64,000 nt of DNA from an uncultured Acidimicrobiales bacterium. GTDB taxonomy: Bacteria; Actinomycetota; Acidimicrobiia; Acidimicrobiales; SHLQ01. Below are positions 35,478-45,300 of this stretch, in pieces (the first letter of the stretch is position 1; each line of letters opens with the position of its first letter). The notes under the pieces were generated by a model. It saw only the letters and a list, made by a program, of their open reading frames with translations. It had not been told where the DNA came from and searched no databases. The position numbers and the translations under genes are program-made. The DNA is taken from contig CALLQB010000031.1 in the NCBI GenBank assembly GCA_938015295.1, forward strand, positions 1 through 64,000, written 5' to 3'.

Positions 35478-38400
35478 TCAGCTCAGCTCGTCGGCGACGA
35501 CCCCGAGCTCCGCAGCCACGACAAAGGCGGATCGTCGAGTCATGAGCGGGATGTCGTCGACGAGAACTCCCAAACGAGCGGCCTCATTGAGCACGTCGGC
35601 TAGGGGGCGAACAAGCACTTCGCTCACCCAAGTAACGCTCATGATGTCGTCGCTGGCCTGGGTGTCGAGCTGCTGAACAATCCAATCCAGGGTCTGGTTG
35701 AGATCGGCCGCGGCGTTGGTGGTGGCGTCAGGCCAACCAAGTGAAGCGACCACTGGTTCGCTAAGGCCCATCCAATCTGCTTCGACATAGGAAGCCAGGC
35801 GGTGCCGGAGTGTGCGAAGCGCCCGGCGCCCATCAAAGGGGGGAAGAGTACTCAAGAGATCGGTGCGAATGTTGATGCCTGCTGCACCGATAGCCACGAG
35901 CGGAAGAGGTTGAGGCCGGTTCCGCACGGCCCAGGCCAGGACAAGATTGCCTTGCCCATCGTTGGCGGTCGCGCCGCCAAGCATTCGTGTGGTGGCCATC
36001 AACGACTCGACCAATGCCTGCCGCGATTCGCTGAGCGTCGGCAACCAGGCCGCTTCGATCTTTGCAACGCCGCTTTCGGTGAGATCGATCACGTGTGGTT
36101 GTTGGCTGTGGCCGCTGCCGGTGCTGCCCGAACCACTCGAACCCGAAGGTACCGCTGCGCTAGGCGAGGTTTCGATGCCGTACGGGGCTTGTTCTTCGCC
36201 GTTACGGGCACTCTCGTCGAACGACTTGCCTGCCGCATGGCGGCTGACTCGAGAAATCGACGACCTTTCATCGTCGCTATCGGTCGTGTCGAGTACCCAA
36301 CGGTTGGAAACCCGCCGGGAGGACGTGTCGTCGCCCATCGTGTCGACATCCTGGGTGCCCGAATTTTCACTGGTTGGATCTTCGGTGATCGAAAAACCAG
36401 CCATGTCCGACGCCGCTGCCATCAGTCGAATCGTCTGATCGGCAACCGCACGAGCAAGGCTCTCGCGCCGCTCAACATCACCGATTTGTCCCTCGATGGC
36501 AACCAACACCTGCCGGAAATCATCGTCGAAGGTCACGGCCCGGCCGAACCGGGATTCAAGTTCGTCGGAGCGGTCGCGAAGCAGTGCAAAGTGTTCCGTC
36601 TGGTCAACAGGGAACTCTAGGATTCCCTCGACCGTTTGGCGAAGGACACGAGCGCCAACCGCGATTCCTGATGAGAACGTGCGGAACCGGACGGCCCATT
36701 CTTCGGGTATGTCGCCGTTGGCAAACCAGTGGCATGTGTGGAGTTCGCTACGTTCGTGTACCGAACGCCAGAAGCCTCGGTACAGATTGTTCTGAGCCAG
36801 CACATCGCGGTCGATGACGATCTGCGATGAGCTCAGGACCTCGCGGCGCATTTCGGCCGCATCGACAAATCGTTCGACACGACGGGGCGAACACGCCCGC
36901 CGCAGCACATCGGCAAGTCCGTAGCCGATATCGGGCAGATGCACGGCCGGATCGATTGGCTCTTCACCCACGCTCGGCAGACCCGAGGCAAACGGGTACG
37001 CTCCACAAATCATCTCATAGAGAAGGACCCCGGCGGCAAAAAGGTCAGGGGCAACATCCCAGCGTGTCCGCCCAGAATCAGGATCTGGATCGGTGTAACG
37101 ATGCTGAGGACGGGGCAAGTCCTCGTGCTCAAAACGAAGGAGCGGGTCGACAAGAGCTACGCCACCGTGCACCCGAATGATGCTCGACGGCTTCACGTCG
37201 CCGTGAACGAACCCTTCGGATCGTAGCTGACGAAGTTGCGACCGCTCCTCGGCCCGAAGAAGGCCGGAAGCTCCCCAAGCCTCAAGCTCCGCGATGTGGC
37301 GCGCGTCGGGATGCATTTCGCTATACACCTGAAGCAACGCGTCAAGTACCGCGATGGCCTCGCCTGCAACGAGCCGCTCGCCGCTGTCGGTCAATCCTGA
37401 GAGAGGTGAGCCGTCGACGAAGTCGACGATCATCCATGACCGGTTCTTTGCGTCGAGCAGAACCTCGGGGCGCTGCAGCACCGAATGTTCGGGCGTTCGC
37501 CTGGCGACCCGTTCGAGTCCAGACGCCTTGATGGCCGGGTCGAATACCTTGCCGACCTTCACTCGACCGGTCATCCCATCGTGCAGAGCAAAGGTGGCCC
37601 ATGCTGGGCCGATACCCAATCGGCGCTGCACTTCAAACCGGTCGCCGATGATCTCATTGGCCTCGACCTGCGGAACGCCAGACAGCTCGATCGCGACTCG
37701 CTTTGAGGCAATGAGTTCGTCAAGTACGTCGAGCAATGGTTCAACCGAGGTCACCCGGCTTGCCGCTTCAGGTTCAAGCATTGACGCAAGCAGGTCGCTG
37801 AGCTGTTCGGGGCAGTTCTCGGGAGCGACGTACCGATGAGCCTGCAAGCTCATCGCATCGCTGGCGTAGAGGTAATGCAGCGTGGCTGCCAGCCCGAACA
37901 CGTCGACGCGGGGGTCGCCAGGCGCCGCCGCGCCGTTCTTCTTTGGCGGCGCGGTTTGCCGGGCGCGCAGTTCTGGAGCGACAAACAAGGGATCGATAAA
38001 GGTATCGCTCGCATGCGGCGCGTCGAAACGGCGTGACGCGGCGAGGGCATCGCTGCTTGCTGCGGCGCCTTCGCCTCGTGCCACCACTGCAGGTGCCCAG
38101 TCAAACAGCGGCGCCGGGCTCGTCAACCTTGCCCGCGCATCGGGGCACACGACAAGATGTTCGGGCGCGACTCTCCCGTGGACAACGCCACGATTGTGGG
38201 CCTGCGCCAGCGCCTCGGCAATGTCGCGGAACCAACCAAGCGCGACGGACTCTGCGGCATCGACGCCGCGGTGCAGCAGGCCGCGAAGCGTTCGGCCTTC
38301 TGGTTCGACATACACAAGGCACGCGCCCAGGAAATCGTCTTCGAACAGATCGAGAACCTCAGCAAAGCCAGCAAGTAAGGAGACTTCGGCTAGCTCTTCG

Positions 38401-39095
38401 TGTCGCGATCGCAACCGTGCGACATCGCCGCCTCGATCGGCGCGAAGCAAGCGCATACCAGGACTGTCTGGCGACGTGGAAATGACGCGGAACAGGTCAT
38501 GAAAGCGCGACGATTCAAGATGGTCGACGACTCGGTAGGAGCCGAATTCGAGTGGTTCGGTGCTTGTGTAGCCGCACCGATTGAGCGCGAGAAGTACTTG
38601 TTCGGCGGCCAAACCATCTCGGGCGTGATTTGCGACAAGGCTCGGATCAGAAACGGCTTTCGCCAGTCCCTTCGGTCCGGTGATTCCGGGCCGGCCATTG
38701 GCCGCAATGTCGAGCGACGCTGGTGTTTGGGTAAGAACAGTAAGTGGTTCGAACTGAAGGGGAGCGAGTCGGCGGTCGCGCCCGACGAGGTGCTCGCGAA
38801 GCACCCGTGTTTTGTGTCCGGTCAGTGCCTGCGGCGCCCAGCGCTCGCGACCGTCAACTGACCATTGAAACTCGTCACCGCTCACCGTGCCGGTCCAGTG
38901 ACAGAGCTCGACGACGAATGCGGCATGGGGAGCGAGCACGACTAGGTCGACTTGCCATGGCCGGCCGTGCACATCTCGAAACTGGAGATCGGGAACAAGA
39001 TGGTATGTCTCGGGCAAGAGCGCCTTCAGCGCGTTGACCACGCCGAGGGACGCGGAGGAAGGCACGCCGCCACCGAGGATCTGAACAGTCGCCAC
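35478..39095 (-). CDS. 1205-aa multidomain protein: NERD-like nuclease-related domain, then a degenerate protein-kinase-like domain, then a protein-kinase-like domain, then a long uncharacterised C-terminus
   Basis: The NERD-like segment is WQVDLVVLAPHAAFVVELCHWTG. Kinase-like 1 has VVHGRVAPEHLVV, with no catalytic Asp and no DFG. Kinase-like 2 has FVHGDVKPSSII plus ALVDP. It is a single uninterrupted ORF. Confidence 0.7.
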   Translation of the reverse strand: MATVQILGGGVPSSASLGVVNALKALLPETYHLVPDLQFRDVHGRPWQVDLVVLAPHAAFVVELCHWTGTVSGDEFQWSVDGRERWAPQALTGHKTRVLREHLVGRDRRLAPLQFEPLTVLTQTPASLDIAANGRPGITGPKGLAKAVSDPSLVANHARDGLAAEQVLLALNRCGYTSTEPLEFGSYRVVDHLESSRFHDLFRVISTSPDSPGMRLLRADRGGDVARLRSRHEELAEVSLLAGFAEVLDLFEDDFLGACLVYVEPEGRTLRGLLHRGVDAAESVALGWFRDIAEALAQAHNRGVVHGRVAPEHLVVCPDARARLTSPAPLFDWAPAVVARGEGAAASSDALAASRRFDAPHASDTFIDPLFVAPELRARQTAPPKKNGAAAPGDPRVDVFGLAATLHYLYASDAMSLQAHRYVAPENCPEQLSDLLASMLEPEAASRVTSVEPLLDVLDELIASKRVAIELSGVPQVEANEIIGDRFEVQRRLGIGPAWATFALHDGMTGRVKVGKVFDPAIKASGLERVARRTPEHSVLQRPEVLLDAKNRSWMIVDFVDGSPLSGLTDSGERLVAGEAIAVLDALLQVYSEMHPDARHIAELEAWGASGLLRAEERSQLRQLRSEGFVHGDVKPSSIIRVHGGVALVDPLLRFEHEDLPRPQHRYTDPDPDSGRTRWDVAPDLFAAGVLLYEMICGAYPFASGLPSVGEEPIDPAVHLPDIGYGLADVLRRACSPRRVERFVDAAEMRREVLSSSQIVIDRDVLAQNNLYRGFWRSVHERSELHTCHWFANGDIPEEWAVRFRTFSSGIAVGARVLRQTVEGILEFPVDQTEHFALLRDRSDELESRFGRAVTFDDDFRQVLVAIEGQIGDVERRESLARAVADQTIRLMAAASDMAGFSITEDPTSENSGTQDVDTMGDDTSSRRVSNRWVLDTTDSDDERSSISRVSRHAAGKSFDESARNGEEQAPYGIETSPSAAVPSGSSGSGSTGSGHSQQPHVIDLTESGVAKIEAAWLPTLSESRQALVESLMATTRMLGGATANDGQGNLVLAWAVRNRPQPLPLVAIGAAGINIRTDLLSTLPPFDGRRALRTLRHRLASYVEADWMGLSEPVVASLGWPDATTNAAADLNQTLDWIVQQLDTQASDDIMSVTWVSEVLVRPLADVLNEAARLGVLVDDIPLMTRRSAFVVAAELGVVADELS

Positions 39096-39193
39096 GTCCC
39101 TACGCTAGGCAGTATCACTGCGTAGGTGGTGGTTCCCCGTGATATCTGGCGCACCACGTGCGATAACGAGCAAGAACCAGCACCCGGAGGACC

Positions 39194-39229
39194 AAAAAAG
39201 GGAAAGCCGCAGAGAAATCTCTGCGGCTT
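39194..39229 (-). terminator. Rho-independent terminator downstream of the PAP2-like gene
   Basis: On the minus strand, AAGCCGCAGAG-attt-CTCTGCGGCTT (11-bp stem) is followed by tcccTTTTTT. Confidence 0.8.
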
Positions 39230-39290
39230 CCACCGGAACCGAAGTCCCTAACGCTGTTCGTCCCAACAGCAGTACTGCCATCCTAGAGTC

Positions 39291-40187
39291 TTATGGCGCA
39301 TTCTGATAACTAGCAATTTGTGGGTTGGCGGCACAATGTGTGACGTCGGCCACGGTACCGGAAGACATGATTTCGCCAGCCGAAACGTCGGCGGTGGACG
39401 ACCATGCATGCCTTAAGCGTCGCGCAGCTGTTCGAAGCTGTCGTTCAGCTGGAACAATACAAAGCAACAACAACGCCGCCACGAGGCCGTCGACCCAATA
39501 GTGATTGCCCGTAATAGTAACGACAAGAAACGTCGCTACTGCGTGGAACAGGCCCCACCATCGCATGGGCCCACCGACCCGCCAACCAAACAGTCCAACG
39601 AGAAGCGCCCACGCAACGTGAATTGACGGCATCGCTTGCAACTGACCGGCGGTCTCATAGCCGAGAGCGGCGTAGACCGACTGGCCGTAAAGCGCTGGCG
39701 TGTCGACGACGTCGAACGCCTCGACGAACCGAGGAGGAGCAACCGGCAGCAGTTGCAACAGCAGACAAACCCCGGTTGAAGCCGCGAGAACGTTGCGTAG
39801 CGAACTGTAGTGTTCGCGATGCCGCACCCACATGAAAATGAGCATGGCAACCATGGCGGGCACGTGCACAAGTGCGTAGTAGCCGTTGTTCAGCTGAATA
39901 AACCAGCCGTAGGGCAGCACCGCCTGCTGTACTGAAGCTTCGTTTGGCAGCAGGAGTCGGCGCTCGAGATCCCACCACCACACCGCTCGGTCGTACGCGC
40001 CCTCAATGTCGTAGACCGAAAGTCGACCGGCCACGATCCAAATGGCGTACAACACCATGATGAGCGCCGCCTCCTGCGAGAACAAACTAATGACCCGAGG
40101 TCGCGGCCCCTCGAATCGCCTCGCGACCAAAGCCACACCGGCGAGAGCCGCCGCCATCCAAAGTGCCAGGTCCCAGGCAAGCCACAT
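39291..40187 (-). CDS. PAP2-superfamily membrane protein (PAP2_3 / inositolphosphoceramide-synthase-like phosphotransferase type)
   Basis: 298 aa, polytopic. MPSIHVAW (SxH) and GNHYWVDG (HxxxD) are conserved PAP2 C2/C3 motifs. Confidence 0.65.
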   Translation of the reverse strand: MWLAWDLALWMAAALAGVALVARRFEGPRPRVISLFSQEAALIMVLYAIWIVAGRLSVYDIEGAYDRAVWWWDLERRLLLPNEASVQQAVLPYGWFIQLNNGYYALVHVPAMVAMLIFMWVRHREHYSSLRNVLAASTGVCLLLQLLPVAPPRFVEAFDVVDTPALYGQSVYAALGYETAGQLQAMPSIHVAWALLVGLFGWRVGGPMRWWGLFHAVATFLVVTITGNHYWVDGLVAALLLLCIVPAERQLRTAARRLRHAWSSTADVSAGEIMSSGTVADVTHCAANPQIASYQNAP

Positions 40188-40190
40188 AGA

Positions 40191-41234
40191 TCAGGCGTCT
40201 TTCACAGCAACCCATGATTGCGTGGCAGCGCTCTCGACGAGTGCGTCGAGTGCCTCCATGTTTGCGACGGCATCAACCAACGGGGTCGGCGCTTCGATTC
40301 CTCTCGCCACAGCTTCGGCAAATCCGTCAGCCTGCAGCGCGTACTGGTCGCAAGCAGCAAAGGTTTCCTCGACCGTTCCGTTTGCGGTGGAAAGCCACGC
40401 TCGTGTTGGTTGACCAGCTGGCGCATTCACCGGAATTTCAATCTCAAAGCGCCCGCTTTCGAAATGCAGCACCGTCCGCTGGTACGGCTGCAGCTGCATT
40501 GAGCAGGTGAATGTCGCATGGCCGTGTTCGAAGCGAAGCATTCCCGACGTAAGCCGATCGACACCGAAACGAGCATCGATATCACTCATCGCCACGACGT
40601 GTGCCGGCTCGTCGCCAAAGAGCCAACGTGCCTGCGAGACCGGGTAACACCCAATATCGAACAGCGCTCCCCCGCCCCACTCCGGGTTATGTCGAATGTT
40701 TGCGGGATCTTCGGTGAAATAGCTGAAGTGTGTCTGCGTCGACCGCAAGCCGCCGAGGGCGCCTGAGTCGGCCAACGCCTTGGCTCGAACCCATTGTGGG
40801 TGGAAGCGGTACATGAACGCCTCCATCACGACAAGATCAGGGTAGTTCGCAGCGGCCGCGACCAGATGGCGCGCCTCGGTTGCGTTCAGTGCGACGGGTT
40901 TCTCGCACAGAACATGTTTGCCCGCCTCGAGGGCTTTGATCGTCCAGGGAACGTGCAGGTGGTTCGGTAGCGGGTTATAGATCGCGTCGATGTCGGGATC
41001 GGCCAGCAACTCTTCGTAGGTCCCGTACGCGCGTTCGACACCTGCCGCCTCAGCTGCATGCTGTGCGGCCGCGAGGGTCCGAGAAGACATCGCCAACACC
41101 TCGCCGCGACCAGAGCCGTTGATTGCAGGGATGACCTTGTTCGTGGCTATTCGCGCTGTAGAGAGCACACCCCAACGCAGCGTTGCCGCGTGAGACGCAC
41201 CAGTGGTCGAGGCAGCCGAAGATTCCATGCCCAA
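40191..41234 (-). CDS. Gfo/Idh/MocA family NAD(P)-dependent oxidoreductase
   Basis: LRWGVLSTARIA is the Rossmann N-terminus, and HVLCEKP is the EKP motif. Confidence 0.85.
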   Translation of the reverse strand: MGMESSAASTTGASHAATLRWGVLSTARIATNKVIPAINGSGRGEVLAMSSRTLAAAQHAAEAAGVERAYGTYEELLADPDIDAIYNPLPNHLHVPWTIKALEAGKHVLCEKPVALNATEARHLVAAAANYPDLVVMEAFMYRFHPQWVRAKALADSGALGGLRSTQTHFSYFTEDPANIRHNPEWGGGALFDIGCYPVSQARWLFGDEPAHVVAMSDIDARFGVDRLTSGMLRFEHGHATFTCSMQLQPYQRTVLHFESGRFEIEIPVNAPAGQPTRAWLSTANGTVEETFAACDQYALQADGFAEAVARGIEAPTPLVDAVANMEALDALVESAATQSWVAVKDA

Positions 41235-41261
41235 AGACTAGAAGACCCGAGCTGCAAGACC

Positions 41262-43181
41262 TCAGGCAGCCTTGGACTCAGCATCGTTGTACACGAAAAG
41301 CTCGGAGAACGACACGACCATGCTCGGGGCGCCCGAATAGGAACGCATCGTTGCCAGCTGCGCAGCGAAAAGTGCCTGAGAAAGTGCGCCCTGTGCCGCC
41401 CACTGGCCGGGCGAAAAGCCAACGGCAAAGCCCTCGTCGGTAGCCTTCTTCACGACGCCGGATAGCTCGGCAACGTTCTTCCCATCGTTGACAGCAACGA
41501 CGACGTCTTGGCCGACCACGAGCGAAAGCCTTGGCGTGAGATCGCCGACAGCTCGCGGGCCAATCGCGTCGGTCAGCAGGCCACCATTCATCGACGGGCG
41601 GACCAGGCGAACCCGACGACCATCGAGGGTGACCGGAATCGGAATTTCGAACCGCTGCGCGCCGCGACGCTCCGCCGCGAAACGCCACGAGGTCGCCCGT
41701 GCGAGCGCCACAAAGAGCACAAGAAGATCAAGCACCAGAAAGAACACCGCGACTGCTACCACGCCGAACTCGCGATACACGGTGGGCGTGAACCCAAGAA
41801 CACTGGCGATGAAGTACCCCCAAACCCCCAAACCAACAAGGGTGAGAAACATCAGGCTCGACGGCAGGTGGCCAAGTGCCCGCTCGTCGCCCGACCGGCC
41901 TTTGTTGGAGACGAGGAACTTGGCCCCCTGTGGCACCAGAAGCCGCCCGATGGCCCGGACGCTCGCCGGCAATCGAAAGAAGTCAAAGAGAAGTCCAGCG
42001 CCGAAACGGTGATACCCCCGCGACATCAGCATCATCGCCAGTTGTTGGCTGCAGAACACCGCCCCATACAGCGGGAGAAATACCTCGATTGGCGCGTCGA
42101 CGGGCGCCTTGCCGGACACTATGACCGCCAATGCCAGCGCGAAGTAGCCAAGGGTGCGAATGCCTTCGAACCAGCCACTCATGGTCGCCGCATACGACAG
42201 ACGTTGCCCCATGGTGAGCCCGCGCTTGAAAAAGGGTGTATCCGAACGAAGGATCTGCATCGCCCCAGCACCCCAGCGACGCCGCTGCACGGCGTATTCG
42301 ATGTAGCTGGCGGGAGCGAGTCCGCGAGCAAGAACTTCGTTGTGAAAGACCGTGTGCCACCCCTTACAGTGGAGCCGCATTGTGGTGTGAAGATCCTCGG
42401 TAAGACTCTCGGTCGCGACGCCACCGACCGACCGAAGTGCTTTTGTACGCAGCACAGCGTTTGTACCGCACCAGAACGCAGCGTTGTGACGATTCTTCCC
42501 CGGCTGGATGACCCGGTAGAACATCGCCTCTTCTTGATATGAGCCAACGTGCTCAAAGGAGTCTTCGTTGTAAAAGTCCTGCGGCGTCTGCACCAACGCC
42601 AACCGAGAATCGGCAAAGTAGCCGATCGTGTCAGTGAGAAACCCGGGCGCCGGGACATGGTCAGCATCGAGGATGCCAACGAGGTCACTATCGATGTACC
42701 GCAATGCGTGATTGAGGTTTCCGGCCTTCGCGTGTTTGTTGTCGGGGCGGTTGAGGTAGATCGCACCGAGGCTCTCCGCCATCTCACGTACCCACTCACG
42801 GTTGCCATCGTCAAGAACCCAGGTCTCGTGCGCCGGTTCAAGCGCAACCGCAGCGCTAACGGTGGGCAAAAGCACCTCGGGATCCTCGTTGTACGTCGGG
42901 ATCAGCATCGCTATCGAGAAGTCGGTTTGGTTCGTTGGTCGCGGCGGCACGACCGAGTCGACATCCCAAACAGAGAAGACGAACAACCCGAGACTGACGA
43001 AGCCGTGCACCTCAAGCAAAAAGAAGGGAACCGCGAGCCATAGCGCGTCGGGAGCGAGCGTGAAGGCCACCCGCCAACCGAGGTAGATCGCTCCGACAAC
43101 CATGGCGATGACCGCCAGCGCGCGCATCGTTGAACTTCGAGATGCCGAAGTTCGTGAAGATGAAAGATCAACGCTCGCCAT
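41262..43181 (-). CDS. BcsA-like processive family-2 glycosyltransferase with a C-terminal PilZ-like domain
   Basis: It has LIPTYNE, VLDDGNR, HAKAGNLNHAL, ILDADHVP, QTPQDF, TEDLHTTMRLH and QRRRWGAGAMQ (QxxRW). The C-terminus has RRGAQRF (RxxxR) and PSMNGG (xxSxxG). The ATG at 43181 has AAAGGAA 5 nt upstream, and the track ORF extends to 43202. Confidence 0.85.
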   Translation of the reverse strand: MASVDLSSSRTSASRSSTMRALAVIAMVVGAIYLGWRVAFTLAPDALWLAVPFFLLEVHGFVSLGLFVFSVWDVDSVVPPRPTNQTDFSIAMLIPTYNEDPEVLLPTVSAAVALEPAHETWVLDDGNREWVREMAESLGAIYLNRPDNKHAKAGNLNHALRYIDSDLVGILDADHVPAPGFLTDTIGYFADSRLALVQTPQDFYNEDSFEHVGSYQEEAMFYRVIQPGKNRHNAAFWCGTNAVLRTKALRSVGGVATESLTEDLHTTMRLHCKGWHTVFHNEVLARGLAPASYIEYAVQRRRWGAGAMQILRSDTPFFKRGLTMGQRLSYAATMSGWFEGIRTLGYFALALAVIVSGKAPVDAPIEVFLPLYGAVFCSQQLAMMLMSRGYHRFGAGLLFDFFRLPASVRAIGRLLVPQGAKFLVSNKGRSGDERALGHLPSSLMFLTLVGLGVWGYFIASVLGFTPTVYREFGVVAVAVFFLVLDLLVLFVALARATSWRFAAERRGAQRFEIPIPVTLDGRRVRLVRPSMNGGLLTDAIGPRAVGDLTPRLSLVVGQDVVVAVNDGKNVAELSGVVKKATDEGFAVGFSPGQWAAQGALSQALFAAQLATMRSYSGAPSMVVSFSELFVYNDAESKAA

Positions 43182-43240
43182 GATTCCTTTGTTTTCGACC
43201 ATGTGGCGGGGCTACCTGATGAGTCAAATAACCCATTCGC

Positions 43241-44425
43241 TTGAGACGGTTTTTGGCCGATCAACTGGTGGTGCGGCAACGTCTAACACTCGGAATCTTG
43301 ATGGTGACCGCCGTCATCCTCCTCGCGACCTCGATGGTTGCGATCGCGATCCGCCCAGAAGTGGACCTAACGGAACCATCGTTGTCGGTTGTGTCACCGC
43401 GTTTAGTGGGGGCCGAACCAATCGACGTTGGTGCCTCGGTTCCCGGCGAGGGTGGGTTGTCGGTGGTCCCGACGTTCGAGCAGCTCTATGAGTATGAGTT
43501 TCTCGACGACTTCCCCGACGGCAAGGTCATTGGCGTGACAACGCGGTCGGGCCTCGAGTCTGAGCTCGACAAGTTCGCGTTTTCGGCTGGTCGCCTGCCC
43601 AACCTCATCCAGGTCACCGCGGGCTGGGCCAGCGATGATTATCAGCCATGGTTTACCGAACGAATCGCCAACCGGGGTGCAATGCCGGTGATCTCCTGGG
43701 AACCTTGGAATTCCGCGCAGGAAAGTACCGTCGATCAGAAGCGGAGCGAGCAACCCGAGTACGCACTGGCCCGCATCGTTGCCGGCGACTTCGACGCCTA
43801 TATCGACGACTGGGCAGAGAACCTCGCCGACTGGGGTCACCCTGTCGCCATGCGATTCGCCCATGAGATGAATGGCTACTGGTATCCGTGGGCCGAGGGC
43901 CGAAATGGCAACGCACCCGGGTCCTACGTCGATGCATGGCGTTACGTGCATGACCGTTTCACCGAGGCAGGGGCCGACAACGTCCTTTGGCTCTGGTCGC
44001 CGAACGTCAGCTACGCAGGCTCGTCTCCTCTGGCGCCGTTGTACCCCGGCGACGACTATGTTGACTGGATTGGTGTGGTTGGCTACTTCGGACATGGTGC
44101 TGAAACGCCGACCGCCTATCCCACCTTCGACCAACTCTTCGGACCAACCCTCGACGAGCTCGAACTGCTGTCGGACAAGCCGGTGCTCATTACCGAAACG
44201 GGAGCGACCGAGCGGGGCGGCTTCAAACCCGAGTGGATAACCCACACGCTCAATGAGATTGCCACCAATCCTCGGATGATGGGCTTTATTTGGTTCGATG
44301 TCGACAAAGAGACCGACTGGCGCATCACCAGCTCAGCCGAGTCGGCGACGGCCTTCAAAGCCGCCGCTGCTGATTCCCGTTACGCGCCCGCCGGCCCGGT
44401 CCTTGCCGAGCGCGAAGACAGCTAG
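43241..44425 (+). CDS. Membrane-anchored glycoside hydrolase family 26
   Basis: It has an N-terminal TM anchor LTLGILMVTAVILLATSMVAIAI. GH26 blocks are MRFAHEMNGYWYPW and LITETG. The start codon is uncertain (TTG 43241, GTG 43268 or ATG 43301). Confidence 0.78.
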   Translation: MRRFLADQLVVRQRLTLGILMVTAVILLATSMVAIAIRPEVDLTEPSLSVVSPRLVGAEPIDVGASVPGEGGLSVVPTFEQLYEYEFLDDFPDGKVIGVTTRSGLESELDKFAFSAGRLPNLIQVTAGWASDDYQPWFTERIANRGAMPVISWEPWNSAQESTVDQKRSEQPEYALARIVAGDFDAYIDDWAENLADWGHPVAMRFAHEMNGYWYPWAEGRNGNAPGSYVDAWRYVHDRFTEAGADNVLWLWSPNVSYAGSSPLAPLYPGDDYVDWIGVVGYFGHGAETPTAYPTFDQLFGPTLDELELLSDKPVLITETGATERGGFKPEWITHTLNEIATNPRMMGFIWFDVDKETDWRITSSAESATAFKAAAADSRYAPAGPVLAEREDS

Positions 44426-44427
44426 CG

Positions 44428-45291
44428 TTATACCGCTAGCTTCGAATTTTCGACGACCGCAAAGCTCAGCACCGCGAGAACCAACGCCATGCCACCAACT
44501 TGGATCGCGGTGACGGTCTCATCGAAGAGCACAAAAGCTCCGGCGGTTGAAAACACCGGAACGATCAACGTCAGCAGCGAAAGAAGCGTCAGGCTCACGT
44601 GGGCGTGAGCCCAGCTGATCAGCAGATGTCCGGTGCTTGGAAATGCGACCAGACCCAGCACACTCCACCAAGAAGACCCGGTGGGGACAGCAATGCCGCC
44701 CGAGTCGATCAGCAGCACGACGAACAACACGGGTACGCCGGCGATCAGCGAATGCGTTTGTAGCGTGATGCCGCTAAGGGTCTCTCGCGCAACCTTGCCC
44801 AGCACGAAGTAGCCAGCAAACAGCAACAGCGCGACCACGGCAAGCGTGTCGCCAAGCGGGTTGATCGAAAATCCTGCAGTGGAACCGAAGATGACGGCAG
44901 CGACGCCGAGCAGCGCCAGAACCGTGGCGACCATTACGGCCCGCGAGACGCGCTCATCGAATCTGCGCATGGCAACGCCGAGTAGCAGCAGTGGCGTCAT
45001 CGAGCCAATGACAGTCACGTTGGCGACCGACGTGTTCTTGATGGCCACAAAGAATGCGGCAATCTCCAGACCGAGAACCACGCCCATCGGCGCCGCCACC
45101 CTAAAGTCGGACCACCGCAGCGGACCGACAACCACTTGGTGTCCAATTGCATAGATGACGGCAGCGATCAGGTAGCGCCAGAAGGCAATCTGTGGTCCGG
45201 TGAGGTCGGTTCCTCGAACGATGAGGTTGCCAAGCGACCAAAACGAGACCGCAACAAGGACAGCAATTTTCCCAAGACGAGCCTTTGACAC
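44428..45291 (-). CDS. EamA family DMT transporter
   Basis: 287 aa with about 10 TM segments and two EamA-like halves. Confidence 0.75.
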   Translation of the reverse strand: MSKARLGKIAVLVAVSFWSLGNLIVRGTDLTGPQIAFWRYLIAAVIYAIGHQVVVGPLRWSDFRVAAPMGVVLGLEIAAFFVAIKNTSVANVTVIGSMTPLLLLGVAMRRFDERVSRAVMVATVLALLGVAAVIFGSTAGFSINPLGDTLAVVALLLFAGYFVLGKVARETLSGITLQTHSLIAGVPVLFVVLLIDSGGIAVPTGSSWWSVLGLVAFPSTGHLLISWAHAHVSLTLLSLLTLIVPVFSTAGAFVLFDETVTAIQVGGMALVLAVLSFAVVENSKLAV

Positions 45292-45300
45292 CAGCGGAGG

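Noticed and set aside
44421-44440. The hairpin GCTAGCG-ttatac-CGCTAGC spanning both convergent stop codons (GH26 and EamA), considered as a terminator.
   Set aside because: It has only a 7-bp stem with a weak T-tract (ttcgaatttt), which is too marginal to annotate.
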